The position numbers and the translations under genes were made by a program. The notes below the pieces were generated by a model. That model was not told where the DNA came from and searched no databases. It saw nothing but the letters and a program-made list of their open reading frames with translations. Below are positions 48,034-62,888 of a stretch of DNA of 64,000 nucleotides, piece after piece; positions within the stretch are counted from its first letter, which is position 1, and each line of letters starts with the position of its first letter. The stretch lies in contig OZ286462.1 of assembly GCA_965644265.1 (NCBI GenBank), positions 89,652,001 to 89,716,000 of the forward strand. The letters run 5' to 3'. This stretch comes from Glycera tridactyla (lineage: Eukaryota).

Positions 48034-50951
48034 TTACAATTATTTGTCCCTTATAATTGCTGCAATCGGACCAGAATTGGTGGAGATAGAGCCCAGAGTT
48101 TATATGCAGTTAAACTACCCATGAGTTGAATTGTGTTGGGTTTCTTGGTCCACAGAATCTTGGAGAAAACCAACTCCGGTCAAGTTTTCAGCCAATCACA
48201 TCCCTGTATTCCACTGATGATGAGCTTGAACTGCTCTGGTTCGTGGTTTTGCTGATGTGGTCAACGTTCGAGCTCAGCATAATAATTTTTCTGGTGATTT
48301 GTCAAAATGATATCCTGGTATTATTCATGGAAACCTGCGGCCGGCCCACATCACAGGCTTATTGTGGCACAGGGGGCACATCATTTTTATGCCAGCTCTG
48401 ATGAGACCATGTGTATACATCACAAAAAAATACATGGTGATGAATAGGAAAAAATCACATAAATGTTTGCTCTGTTGTGGCATGCATTTCATTTTGAGGA
48501 TTGGGAAAAAATGTGGGAGCAACCTCATGTAAAACATGTTAGATCTTTCAACCTGATCTGACTGGGATTCCAGTGATGTCAACTGGAGCTTAAAGATCAA
48601 TGTGTTGTTCTGATTGTCTATACATTTAAATCTGTGAAGAGACTACCTTGAGTTTCGACTCCTACAGGCTATTTGATCTTGCACTACTAATTTTGGCAAG
48701 GAGCTCCTCATTAGAGATTTTCACCTGTGAATATGGTATCAAATTCTTCACTAAGAATGAGGAATCACTCACTGAAAGATTTAAAACAGCCATCTCAGTA
48801 TAGCACATCAGTGAAAGAGTATCTTTTGACTGAGATCAAACATGTTTGTGCCACTACCCCAAATACAGTGATCAATTTGCAGACTCGGCAAAATATCCTG
48901 ACAGTGATGAGTTTTTTTAATTACACCACCAAAAAGGACCATGTAGAATCAGCTTTCTTGTCACGGTCAACACCTCCCAGTGACAGATCTTTTGCATATA
49001 TTCATCGTGTAGATGACCGAGTCCGTAGATCTGTGGTGGCGGCCATATTTACCGTATGATGTATCATCGTTGAGGTCGTCGGGTCGTCATGCATGCGTGG
49101 TTTGTTGCCTCCACCAACGAGCAGGATTTATTTGACGTGCCTCACTTACTCTGATGACATGCCTCATTTATTTCACTATGGTTCATTACGTTTTAGGATG
49201 GGGAAATTTGACAATCAGTATGGGGGATGCACCTGTCATTATTGTCTGAATCAATGGCCCCTCAACCTGTGGTGTGTCTGTATTGGTTTGGAAAAAACGA
49301 ACTGACCATCCTGGTATTTATTAAGGGGGAAGAGGGGTATCTGACATCATCCAGTCTCAGCAGAAAGGGAAAGTCTGCATTGGTGTTCATCTATCTGTGA
49401 TTGAAGTAGATATGTATGTGACAATTTTCATTCTCTCTTATGATTGAATGGGGAATATATTGAAGTCACTCTGTCAGTCGGTTAGTCAACCAGCCATTGG
49501 TCGGTCAGATGGTCCAACTGCAACAAGTTTGTGGAGCAAAATACTTCCACATTCATTGAGTTATCGAATTGAAACTTGAATTGTCATAATCAGGAAGAGT
49601 AGATGTTCGAGACACAATTTTTATGCGGAGTGATCCTCACATTCCAGAGTTATGTGCCCTTGAACCTAGCCCTATTATCACGTTCATTATAATCTCAGTG
49701 TCAAGGCGGCAGTGGGAGTATTTTCAGTTGCGTCTGCGACAAAGCTCTCATTTTCAATTGGTTCTGACAGAGGAAAGACTTATATATTTTTCTCAATGAT
49801 GTCATTAAGATGGTATATGAGAAGTGGTATCATGAAATATTATGAGAATTGGATATTGTTTACAATCTCTCCAAGGTCAATGCAGGCTACATTCACTATT
49901 GGTGTTCTCTTCATCTGTTCCACCGCTATATTTTGGGGAAGGAAGCAGTGTGGTTCAAGATAAATCATAGGAGAAATTATGTATGGAATGGAACCATATC
50001 ATCTTGGGGAGAAACATTTCAGTTCTCCAGCACACCAGTCCTGTCTTCAGAGGGCCATGTCACTATATATAGGGGTGCCATTTGTTGCATTTTAAGATTG
50101 TCTATGCCAATGCTATGACAACCCTCTTCAGTTAGGACTTTGGATGTCCATGTTCAAAGTTTGTTAGTGTATCGTGAAGTTTAGATTGGACAGGGGTCAG
50201 GTCTCAAGTCCAACAGACTTGACTGGCCTGCCAGGGTCATCCTTCTACAGGGGTCTGAAAAAATGGCCGAAACCCGACCTGGTTTTTCACTGATGACCTG
50301 TCCAAATCACTATTTCTTCCACTGTGTCCTTTGAGTGATGTTTCTATGTGATGCTAAGCATATATAGTGATACACCATTGGAATGTATGAATCACACTCT
50401 CGGAGAACATCTGATTTCTTTATTCGAACCAGTATCTCCAGCATGGCATCCACCACCTTGCCTGTGTAGGAGCAGGTCTGTGCACTGAGCTGTGCAGACT
50501 ACCACAAAGGAGCAGCTGGATAACCCAGTCAGGAGCACACTCGATTTCATCATGTATGTTGGAAGTTGTTAACATAGATATGCTTTGCATGTGTCCAAAT
50601 AATAGTGGAGGGGTGGAGGAGTTCCACCCGATTACCTCCACACAGAGATGCCGCTTTAGTTAGAAGTGCCGATCATATAGATATGTGGAATGGTGCAGGT
50701 CATGTGATTAATGATGAACCTTGTTAGTTTTTGTTGTTATCCATGCAGGAGCAGATGGCGATGTGTGCAGATGGTGATGCTGGCGCTGTCGCTGTAGAGT
50801 ACATAGGGTTAACGTGAACAAGCCTGATGTGGCTGGTGTATTGTTTAGTTTGACCAGAGGCAGTTGACCAGATACATCATTAACTCCCACCCAAGACCAC
50901 ACCCTGTCTGTAATCAAAGTTTGATGTTCTAAAAGATCTATCCTTCCGTCC

Positions 50952-51208
50952 NNNNNNNNNNNNNNNNNNNNNNNNNNNNNNNNNNNNNNNNNNNNNNNNN
51001 NNNNNNNNNNNNNNNNNNNNNNNNNNNNNNNNNNNNNNNNNNNNNNNNNNNNNNNNNNNNNNNNNNNNNNNNNNNNNNNNNNNNNNNNNNNNNNNNNNNN
51101 NNNNNNNNNNNNNNNNNNNNNNNNNNNNNNNNNNNNNNNNNNNNNNNNNNNNNNNNNNNNNNNNNNNNNNNNNNNNNNNNNNNNNNNNNNNNNNNNNNNN
51201 NNNNNNNN
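50952..51208. other. Assembly gap (257 N)
   Basis: Run of N. Confidence 0.99.
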
Positions 51209-51379
51209 AGAACAATTGCAATATATATGCTGGTGAAGAATTCATCTCAATCCATTTTGAAGTTTATAATACTGTTGGTAGCTCATGTGCTTTGCAACCA
51301 TTCCGCACCCATTTACAAAGGAAACAACCCATTTGTCATAGCATCATGGTAAATTTCAAGGTCAAGTGTTTCTGGGATG

Positions 51380-51840
51380 AAGGATATCTATAGTGACATC
51401 AATGACAATGGTATCAGCAATAATGATGGCGACAGCAATGACAAAGGTAACAGCAATGATTATGGTGATAGCAATTATTATGGTAATAGCGATGATGATG
51501 GTGAGAGCAATGACAATGGTGACAGCAATGACGATGTCGACAGCAATGATGATGGTGACAGCAATTACGATGGTGACAGCAATGATGGTGGTGACAGCAA
51601 TGACCATGGTGACAGCAATTATGATGGTTACAGTAATGACGATGGTGACAGTAATGACGATGGTGACACCAATGACGATGGTGACAGCAATGACAATGGT
51701 GACAGCAATTGTACGATGGTGACAGCAATTGTACGATGGTGACAGAAATGACGATGGTGGCAGCAATGACAATGGTGATGGCAATGATGATGGTGACGGC
51801 AATGATGATGTTGACACCAATGACAATGATGACGGCGATG
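51380..51840 (+). repeat. Degenerate 18-bp (GATGGTGACAGCAATGAC)n low-complexity repeat
   Basis: Direct inspection. Generates open frames on both strands. Confidence 0.85.
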
Positions 51841-54800
51841 TTCTGAGCCGGATGATGCCGTGTCCAGCTGGTGGATTTTGGTCAGTCGGCGGTGGTGTCG
51901 ATGGGGGCTGGCTGGTGGCTGTCTTACGAAGAAGCTAGAGATGATGTCGGAGAAGTAATCATATTAGATCAGGGTCTGGCCCTCATATCATGATAGTACA
52001 CCACCGCTACACCGCACTCATAAATCCACCCCCACCCTGCCACCAGCCCGCCTGCCCGCCTGCCCACCGCTAACTGACGAGAGATACCATAATTGTCAGA
52101 TGTCCAACCCTGCTGCGATAAACACACTTCCGCAACCCTTTCAATACCCGAGAAAAAAAAAACGAATCGTTGTAGATGAGTGACATCATTCATCGCTTCT
52201 CGTTGCCTTTATGTTGGTATTACATGAATAAAAATCAATCCACAATGTGAGGATGATACCATGTCACTTGACTGTATTTGATGAATGATTATATTACAAA
52301 AAAGATAAGGATTTTTGCTGGATGTGTTGCAAACACGTCTCCATATGCTCGAGGATAAGATCGCTTGTGGGATTGGTAGTCAAGACAATGGCGTCCCGTA
52401 TAGAGTCTATTCGATGGTCGTCAAACTACCATTAGCTGCCCGTTTTATAACTGTAACGCTGGTGGAAATGGCCATCTGTCTCGGACGGGAAACATTTAAA
52501 TACCACGGAGGGAGACATTGAGCTGATAGTCTCTCATGCTCGGCCACTTGAGATCCATTTAGATTCGCGATTCTCGCAAGAGCAAGCACGCCAGCCACTT
52601 AAAAATCCCCATCTCCTGATCTTGTCACTGTAATGAGAAACCAACAGATGAGAGACCACCTGTTCTTTAAGACCATTCTTCATTTTGATCAAGTCAAATG
52701 AAGCAGTGTGAGCTTTCCCTGATCATGTGACCCCACCTCCACCCCCATGACTGGATGGGTAGTTTGTTCTAAGTGTGAAAAATCAGGAGATGTGTATATG
52801 TCTATCAACCAAATCATGTGTCTATCCATGTGTTCCTGCATGCCTGTCTCTCTGACTTTCTCACCGTGTCTGTCCATCTTTCTCTCTTTCTCTCTTGTTC
52901 AAATATCATGAAGACAATCTTACCAGATGAATGATGACCCTTTCATCTCCATCCTCATCCTACTCTTTCCATCTTACTCTCGCCAACCAACATCTTATCT
53001 TTCCAGAACTTGCACTTTGTCTTTCATCCTTCTCTTTATCTTTCATCTTCTCTCTATTCATATATAGCGACAAGGAGAGCTGTACCCCAGGTATAATCTC
53101 TAGACAAGTAATTGGCTAAAATGATATAGTTGAACACTTGTATATAATACCAACGTTAATAAGCAGAATGATGATTGATGCATTTAGATCTTGGTGGTAG
53201 CCAACAATAGTCATATGACTAGTTTCTTGATCTATTGTTATCATGTGATACTGTATGCTATTGTGGCCAGTGAGAATGAAGTTTTGTCATTCAGTCATAC
53301 AAAATCTTATGTGTTTTAGGTGAGTGGATATCCAGCTTTACAAGCCCTGTGAATCAAGTAAGGTAGTTGCTGACAAGTCCTGATCCTTGAGCACAACACC
53401 AGTCAGGTCACCATCACTTTTGTCTCCTGTTTTTGATGATTGGTTTTTAATAAGCTACGATGCCAATGTTCAAGATGTCATAAATGATGAATGCACTTCA
53501 CTCACAGTTGGCTAGGAACTTGAGAAGCTTTCAAGGTTCATCTGAGCCCTTTTATCAAACCTTGTTCAAGGTGGTCATTGACCTGAATGGAGTTCAACTG
53601 AAATAAAGGATTTCACCAACAGAAATGTACAAATTTTTTGCGAATGGTTGATCAGTACATTGTTGTTTGGTTATATGCACATCCCAGAAGATCCACGTTG
53701 TGATGTCATAACTGACATCACAGGTTACAAACATTCGCTTGTTTCTTCATGACAATAAACAGACCCTAACTCACCTCACCTACATATGATTTCACCTAGA
53801 AATTCCGGCAAAATGGATTGAAATTCAGAATATGTGTTTGTGTGTGTGTGTCTGTGTGTGTGCTTGTACTTGTGCTTGTGCTGATGCATGTGCATGCGCT
53901 TTGGTGTTCGACGTACCTAATTTAGCTACAGGATCTATGATTGTTCTTGGATGCCCAGTCAGATGAATTACCAGCAAATATGGGTGTCACGGAAAAGGCA
54001 AACCAACTGCAAACCAGTTCAAATCAAACTCCAATTCAATGGGACGGATGCAATCCTAGTATGTTAGATCCTGAAATAACTTGGTTTCTTTCAGACTTTC
54101 AAGGTGATGGAGGTTTTCTCGAGATGGAAATATTATTGCATCGTTCTCTTCAAATTTGTTGACGTTCACTATTGAGGCTTCTTGCATCATTTGAATATGT
54201 AGAGCTGATGGTGATTGGTCGTCTCGGGCCGCTCTGCGATTCTGCGGGTGTTAGCTTTCTCTCGTGTTTATTGAAAAACATTGCCATGGTATCAGGGAAA
54301 TGCATTACGGCACAATACCAATCTAGAGCATGCATCGTCACTCTCTCTCGGCTGCATCCAGTCCAACTAGATCTACGGCTCTTCAACAAGCATGACGCTG
54401 TGAAACAGCCGAGTTTTATAGACAGAAGCTCTAGCTAATGAATAAAATCACCATATGCCAGGGGCTGGAACTGGGTTGGGATCGCATGAGGCTGAAAGTA
54501 GTCCCACCTGGCTGGATATACTGATTTTATGACATCTCTAATTGCAATCGGGTTTTCTGGGATTCCTATGGTATCAGGAATCTTTTAGCAACTTTGAAAA
54601 CATTTTGTAATAAGTCAGAAAGGATTGAAGCATGATAAATATTCAGCAGTTGTCCTGATTGCATTGGTCATTCTTAAAGATAAGTTTTTGTCAATGCATT
54701 CTTCATTATTGAACTTTGATTATCGAGGTACTGTCAAGAATTCTAATTTTCTGAATAACTTGTATAAACATGGATTGGTGACAGGATACTGTGTGGAGTT

Positions 54801-56286
54801 ATTGCAGCTTATGCCATATCATGTAGATCCCAATGGCAAATAACATGGCTTCTGCATCTACCGACTAGTGGTCTGATACGGCCTGGACAAATCTGTCTCA
54901 AACTTTGCTTCGATTTGTGAAAGGAATCAAATGCAGTTCCGCAAAATCAGTGGAAATGGTAACAGGAAGGAAAAAACGAGAAGTCCCACAAATTCTGTCA
55001 AGGATATGTTCTGAGATTCTGCTTTAATTTTCTATGGCTTCTTCTGTGAAAATCAGTCTCATCCCCATGTCTCTTATCATGACATGTTCTGCATTCTCCA
55101 TTTCCTAATGAGAACAGCAGAGTTCTCAACTATTTTTCCTGCAAGATGGATTTCTCTAATCCCTGAAAAAATACTGAATCATTTCAAGAAAATATAATGG
55201 ATAGTTGCCCAGCCCCCTTCCATCACCCCCCCCCCCCCTTCCACCTTACCCCTCTCTCATGCATGTTATCAGCACTGATATTCCATAATTGGAGGTAAAT
55301 TTGAAGCGAGATTTTGACACTAAATCTAACGAGATGAAACTGATATCCTATCAGTCGGGCTCATGTCACGATGATTGAAGCCACAAAATGTCGACCTCCT
55401 CTCTACCCTCTCTTGTCAGAGTCATCATAATTGTCCATTTACATCATATCTCTTGAAAGAGTTGACAAGAGCAGAGTTGAAAATGTATGAACACTGAAAA
55501 GAATGCTGCTGTTATTGGGAGATTCAGGAAAGAAAAGAGAGTGTGTCGTGTTGGTGATTCTGATGACCTATCGGAGAATATAAAATGATTTCAGTGTCAG
55601 TATATTGGCTGACGTAATTTTTGTCAATGCAATCAGATGAGTTCTGATATCGATCCATGATTTGATGTAGAAATTGAACATTACGTGACTAATTCATGAT
55701 AGGGATATCATCAGGAAATATCTCGAGTTTTCAATCAGAGTGTAGGCGGCCTTGCATATCATTGCCTTTCTCAGCTCACTGAAGGGGAGGCAAACATGAA
55801 GATTGCTGTTACCCAATGCTACCCCAGGCAGTGGACACAAAAGCAAGGCTTGATGTTAAGGTAGTACATGGGAGAAATTAGTGTGGAGCCACCAAAGGGT
55901 GCAGAATTTGAAGTTACTTATCATTTGTGAAATGTGGGAGATAATAATGTCTCCATCACTGAACAAGCAGCAACATCCTGCATGGTTGAGGCTGGGCTAG
56001 CACTTTGCACCAAATAAGTAATTCAGTCTCCAGTCTCCAGTACTGCGGACCTAAATTTGACATTCTAAGTTTGCACCAAACAGTAATTTTTAAGAGGCAG
56101 AATATGCAAACCAATACCTTCTGTCTGGTGGATATCACGCCCAAAATCATATATGGATCCGGATTTCTCTTGCAATATTCCCACCCATTCAGATCATTAG
56201 GATATTATTTGTATAAATTCTGGATCAAAATGTTACTATTCACGCGACTCATTATTTTGCAGGGAGTTCATTGCCTTTGAACTTAC

Positions 56287-56493
56287 CGTTTCCTTTTCAA
56301 AATGATCAGTTGAAATTTCAAGTTTGGTGGTGATGTTTGTGGTGGTGGTTGTGGTGCTGCTGCTGGTGCTGCTGGCAATTGTTGAAGTTGAAGAACAGGT
56401 AGTGGTGGAAGCGTCAGTGGTAACGACAGTGGTGCTGATGCCATTTCCGCAGTTGCAAGTTGTTGCTTCACCTTGGACAATTTCCAACCTCAC
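56287..56493 (-). CDS. Possible host-gene exon (207 nt, phase 0-0), Ser/Thr-rich peptide VRLEIVQGEATTCNCGNG...HFEKET
   Basis: Acceptor GTTTTAG| at 56494, donor ACG|GTAAGT at 56286, open frame between. No homology recognised. Confidence 0.3.
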
Positions 56494-57726
56494 CTAAAAC
56501 TCTTCATTCTGTGGTCAAATGTTGTCAGAGTAGTGACTATCCATATATCTTGAGAATATCCTTTGCATTTGTCTGTCACCCCTTCACACAAATTATTCCA
56601 AGTTGGCAGTGCCCCATCATTTTGTGTTCAGGGTTTGTGATAATGATGCCTGCAGGGGACAGAGAATCCAAACTTCATAGATTGCGAACACATGGCATAT
56701 ATTATCCTTCATGTTCATACATGCCATTCAACCCCAACTGAAACAGACTGACACTTTTATCACTTCTCTTGTCATGGTGTTAAAATCCAGTTTGACATCA
56801 CAGCATGGAGCACATGCTCCATCAAATTTGCACATGCAATCTGGGCAATGATGGATATTCATGAGCCTTTAATGAAATAAACGAGTGAATAGCAATTGAA
56901 TCGAAACGATACGCAATGATGCCGTGTGCTGCATGCTGACAGTTGTCGACTTACGCTTCAAGCGAGAGGTCAACACGAGTTTAGGGAGGGGCAAAGTAAC
57001 TCACTTATGTTACAGGCAAGAAGCAAGCATGGATATTTGATATGCACTGAATGGAAGCCTACGTAATTCCATCAGGTTCCCTGCGGGCGTCAATCGCTGC
57101 CGCCATCACCGCCTTCTCCCTAGGAGGAGGAGCGATGACAGCAACACGGGCACTCACGGGGCTTGCTAACCCTGAAATCTCTGAATAAAAGACCTGAGAC
57201 ATGTTTCATTGTTATTCCATTCGATTGTCAAATTACATTCACAGAAAGTGTCTGATTTAAGTTGTTTGTTTTGAACCTTGATCTCCAAAGTACAGTTTTG
57301 TATTTTTGGGTGCATCCCACAGTCTTAAGAAGGAGGACTCATCTGTGAATTCCCTGAAGAGTCCCTGAGATGCAAAATGAGACCAGCCGTTCCCATGCAC
57401 TTCTGTGATCCAAGATGATGAAACTGATGTTCATGAACATTACTCTATGAACAGGTAATTGTCAATAGAATGGCTGATATGAAAGTCAGGCACTGTGTCA
57501 CCCATATCTTGACTCACATGATGCATCACAGGACTCACTCTGAACAGTCTGTTCGGGTCCCCAGGATGCATCATCATTCTGGTGAAAGCATCAGGGTTAT
57601 ATAGTCTTATCTGCCAGATGATCCCACTGCTACTGAAATAGCAGCTGAACAACACTAAAGGGGTTTACTACACTGCTCACACATATGCTCCGAAAACCTC
57701 AATAAATCCACCCTACTCACTATTAA

Positions 57727-58596
57727 CCCTTTGCGCCATGTGACGTATTTTGACGTACAGCCGATTTTGCATATGACGTATTTTTACGTACAGCCGATCA
57801 TGCATACGATGTATATTGTCATATAGCCAATTATGCATGTACATGCAATGCGTCATGACGTATTACAACATGACGCAAAGATTGCGATGGAGAAAAAGTA
57901 AATACTACACGGAAACGACGATTTGAAGGGGTTACCATGCGAATATCGCTATAAACTGTGTACCAACATGAAGAACACGTCATTGTGGTGATCATGTGAG
58001 GATTTCCCGGCGATTCCAACAAGAAATGATGACGTAGGAGGTCGGAGGAAGCCGGGATAAACATCCACCGCAAAGAATTGTGGGTGTCTAGACTCGAGGG
58101 GGAAGCCTAAAACTGGCAAATGGCACTTCACAACACTGGTCTTCATCATGGATTTACATGCGATATACGTCGTATTTTTCAGGATTTACCAGTCTATCTA
58201 CCATCTTTAAGCCCCTGTGAATCGATTGGTATGCCTATTTCAGCGCTCACACAAATATTTCTTATCGAAATTTGTGATGGAAGACAAGAAGTATGGAAAA
58301 AACACGGCTTGCCAATCCAGTTCATACATGTCCTATCGAAAATCCGAGGTAACCATCGTCTTCAGCATCTTTCAATCTGCTCAGGCAAATTTTTTGGTAA
58401 GTTTCTGACCATTATTAAAAGTGTTGGGCGCCGCTGAAAAAACGTCAATTTCTTGATGTTATGCCGTGACTCTGTGTGTGAATGCATGCGAGTGACAGCT
58501 GTCACATCATGGCGCAGTTGATGCTAGCGAAGGCTCGTTCATGACGTGTTTATGAGCAAAATGGGCACAACGTCATGGCTTTCATGACGCAAAGGG
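57727..58596. mobile_element. Non-autonomous piggyBac-type element, 870 bp
   Basis: TTAA on both sides (57723-26, 58597-600). TIRs CCCTTTGCGCCATG / CCCTTTGCGTCATG (13/14). No transposase ORF. Confidence 0.85.
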
Positions 58597-59803
58597 TTAA
58601 GCCATTTTTATTCATTTAGATATGATAAGTTGATCAGTGTTAAACTACATCTGATTCATGCAGGTAGGATTTTCACTGAAATTTAGTTTCATTCAAAACA
58701 GAAAAAATATCATGCAATTGCGATACTTCAATTTCCATTCAAGGACCGCATCTCTGCTGATGAATGAGAAAGTTTCACAATGCATTTTAAATAAAAGCTC
58801 GATTTGATATTGGTGGTCTCACAAAGAAATTTGATTGGGTCTGAAAATTTCTGTTACATAAACGCATTTCATCTGTTACTGAATCAAACCCGATCGCAGT
58901 TACAGGTGTTTGTGAATGGGGCATTTTGAATGGTGAGATTTGTATACAGATATAGCCTGAGATCAGATATTCTCAAATGGCAAAACAATGTATCAAATAC
59001 AGGTAAACTAATATATATGTACTCTCATGTTGGATGAATATTCAACTAGGTTGATTAATTGATCAATCCATTGATTCAATCTCATCCATTGATTAATTGA
59101 AATTTATCTCACTTCAGTCTCTTGCCTAGGGCTTTGAAGTTGAAAGTTCATATTTGAACACATCTGTTGAGTTATTGCTTCGAATAAAACCATCACTGTC
59201 AGGCTTGAGTGTCAGCTTCCAGCCAGGTACCATCTTATGAATCACCATGTTCATATCAGACATGAACTGTCAGCTACTTCCACTCGACAACCTTTCAAGT
59301 ACCTCATCATCTGGTGTTCAGGGTTAGTGAGAGTGATGCCTGCAGAAGAAATAACATCTTACTTTTATTGACCAGGAATACCCAGCATACATAACTCTCT
59401 ATGTTAAACCTCGATCAAACCAAAATGAACCTCCTCAGAAGTAATTGTCATGATCTCTCAAGAGGGAGTGAAATGCAGTGGTATTGTTTGGAGATTTGAA
59501 AGCTCTCAAAAAGTAGTCTCAATTAAAAGGTGGTCTCTCACCAGGGGTCGAATTATGAGTCCATATAATATTGTATAGCTGAGCTGGGGTCTGTTTTCAG
59601 GTGGCACGTCTGAAAGATACAAAGAGGTAGCACAACAGCAAATATGCAGCTGACGGAATGAGTGTGGATGCATTCTGAAAACTTCCGCACTGTGAATAGC
59701 ATGAATCTACCTTCTCAAAATACATCTATATTAAAAGAATAGTTTGAATAAGTTTATTGGACAAATTTAGAGATTCTGTTTTTTTTTGAGAAGTAGTATG
59801 TCC

Positions 59804-60264
59804 TTTTGAGAAGTAGACATCATTCATTGTATATCATTTTGAGAAGTAGACATCATTCTTGTATGTCATTTTGAGAAGTAGACATCATTCATTGTATGTC
59901 ATTTTGAGAAGTAGACATCATTCTTGTATGTCATTTTGAGAAGTAGACATCATTCATTGTATGTCATTTTGAGAAGTAGACATCATTCTTGTATGTCATT
60001 TTGAGAAGTAGACATCATTCATTGTATGTCATTTTGAGAGGTAGACATCATTCATTGTATGTCATTTTGAGAAGTAGACATCATTCATTGTATGTCATTT
60101 TGAGAGGTAGACATCATTCATTGTATGTCATTTTAAAAGTAGACATCATTCATTGTATGTCATTTTGAGAAGTAGACATCATTCATTGTATGTCATTTTG
60201 AGAGGTAGACATCATTCATTGTATGTCATTTTAAAAGTAGACATCATTCATTGTATGTCATTTT
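59804..60264 (+). repeat. 32-33-bp minisatellite, ~14 copies
   Basis: Unit TTTTGAGAAGTAGACATCATTCATTGTATGTCA. Confidence 0.95.
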
Positions 60265-62528
60265 AATGAGAATTGATTGACTATTCAAGTCAGTGTAGTC
60301 CTCACCAAGGTCCTCAACAGCCACTCCCCCTCCTGGAGAGTGCATTGGAAAAACTCCTCTACCCCCAAAAATGTGTCACTCTTCAGAAAGTTTGCAACTT
60401 GGAAATAAGACGAACAAACTGAAATCTCCTTCACCCCAGACAACATCACTTTTGACGATGATTTCTCTCAAAATAATGTATGTGAAGTTGTCTCATAGCA
60501 CATAGGCCTCATTGTTGATAGAGCCAAGATGGGGCTAGGTGGTATTCCACACTGACAATAATACATCGCTCTTATTCAGCAGACCTGTTATTTTTTGCAT
60601 GAGAAAAATATTGTTACTAAAATATTTGTGCTAACCCAAAAGATTACTTTTTTGTCCAGTTAGGATATTGAGATTATAACGCTTCATAAGGCTTCAAAAT
60701 AAAGGCTTCATAAACTTTTTCATTCTCATGAAAATATATTCACTCTCCCCTGGATTCAGGATTCACTCTCCTGTAATTAAATTCACTCTCCCCAGGATTC
60801 AGAAAAGTGGCAAAATTCAAAAAGTGTCAATGAATGCTCATGTGGGGCATAAAGGGTCTGTAAGGAATGTGACAGTAAGAGGAGTTAAGTAGACGCATCG
60901 GTTCTTCAGGTCGGCAGTAATCACGCAACAATCGCAGCAAACAAAGACGAGGGAGCTGGGAGGATCAAATCCGGGCTCCGACTCAGCCTCCTGGAATGGG
61001 TGCTAATCCTCGGAGCTTCGGGAAAACCAGCGGCTGAAAGAAGCGAACAAAAGGCGGGGCTCATCCCTGATCAACTTCGTAAATGCAAGTCAGGCTCAGG
61101 GCATGAGGTCATGTACTCCGAATCACACTAAGTTTGACCAATCACAGAGGAGTTGTATCTCAGCCATCTTGAAATATACATCTCTAAAGGCTGCAGCTGT
61201 TGTGTGATAAAATGTATTGGAATTTTTATCCTGTGAGATGAAAGTATTCATTTTTATCTCAGTTCTCACTGATTTTTACCATGATTATTCCTGGTTTAGC
61301 AATTTCACATGGAATTCCACTTATCTCAATATTGTTTATCTGTTTGTTTTGGTTTTGGTTTTATTTCACTGGCTTATATTGAACTGAAATACTATATGAG
61401 AGTGAGATTTCCTGATCGAGACAATCACCTACTCCTTGTGAGACACAGCAAAGCAATCAAGTATGAAACTGAGCTGAATATGCTGAGGAAAGTAGGTGCC
61501 AATGTCAGGGGCAATCCCCTACTCTTTGCGGAGAACAGCAATGGTTCTTCTCTGTGCATACAGGACCAGAACTGGAGGGATCATGCCCAGCTCATTCCTC
61601 CATCCATCCTTCATGTCATTTATCAAACCATTATCGAGTCATGATTTGGCTTTTTTCTACAGTATCTATCAACCCATTGTGTATGAAATCTAGATGCCCT
61701 TTACCCTGCAGGCTTTACTTTCACAAACCCTGAACACAAGATGAGTGGGAACCAGAAGGGTTGCCAAGTGGAAGTTGCCGACAGTTCAGACACACCTCCA
61801 CCTGTCAAACATGAACATGATGGAGTTGAGATGGTATATCGGACAGTGTAGTTGTCTGGAAGCTGACACTCCAGACTGATAGCAGTACTTTAATACAAAG
61901 CAAATATTGAATGACTGACCAACATTTGCATCAGTTTATCCACATGAATAAGTAAATGATACCAAGTATAGCTCTCTCTGGTGATTACTCTTGTATGTTT
62001 TGGTTGTCATGCAACATGATATATATGTATGTATCTACAGAGCAGCCAGTGGTCCAATCCTTGTATTATATGACATATATGTTTACCTTTGATATGTAAC
62101 TGATGTACCCAATAAGTAATGCCTCTCTACCCGAAGCGCATCACATGGTGCTTTGACATGTGACAGAATGATCCCTGCTGATAATTGTCTGTCATAGGCA
62201 ACTCAACCCAACGACATATGCCGATGAACACAACCAAAAAGCATATCATTCATTCACTCTAAATACCCGCAGATTTTGATGCATGCCAAAATACTACAAA
62301 AATGCTCCCTATGATTGGTATTGACACCCATACGGTGTGGAATTGTATGATATTTGATGATTTCCTGGAGTTTGAGTACGTGGATGATGGTTAGATTACA
62401 GGACGGGAGGATGGGAGGTGCTTTACTTCCTTGAGTCCTCCTTTTTATAGGAGTGCTTTGATCATCTGGTTTCCATGACAACCTCTTTGATGCATGGCAA
62501 AATGGTCTGTTTGTGTGTATACATGTAT

Positions 62529-62574
<46 letters not shown>

Positions 62575-62888
62575 ATCAATGTGTGAATAGTCAGTGCGTC
62601 TCATTACTGCCAATCTAACCTTTTGGTGGGATGACTCAGTGATGCAGTGGTCGGGAGTGTTGAATCCTTGTTTTTTGGCCCATGGTGTATTCATTCCCAT
62701 AAGAAACTCAAATATTGGGCTCTGGCATTTGAAACATGTTAGGTACCTGTTGTTTGTCCATCATGTCACTCACATGGAGTTGATTGAAAAAGGCAAACTC
62801 GAATTTGTCTACCCTTGATCTCGGCAATATTATTGGAATGACTTCAAGCTGGATAGATCCTCAATATGCCAAATAGGCTGTGTGGCTA

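Noticed and set aside
51362-51938. Asp/Gly/Ser/Asn-rich, His/Cys-rich and Ile/Thr-rich ORFs
   Set aside because: All arise from one degenerate trinucleotide-based repeat that is open in many frames on both strands; no evidence of a gene.
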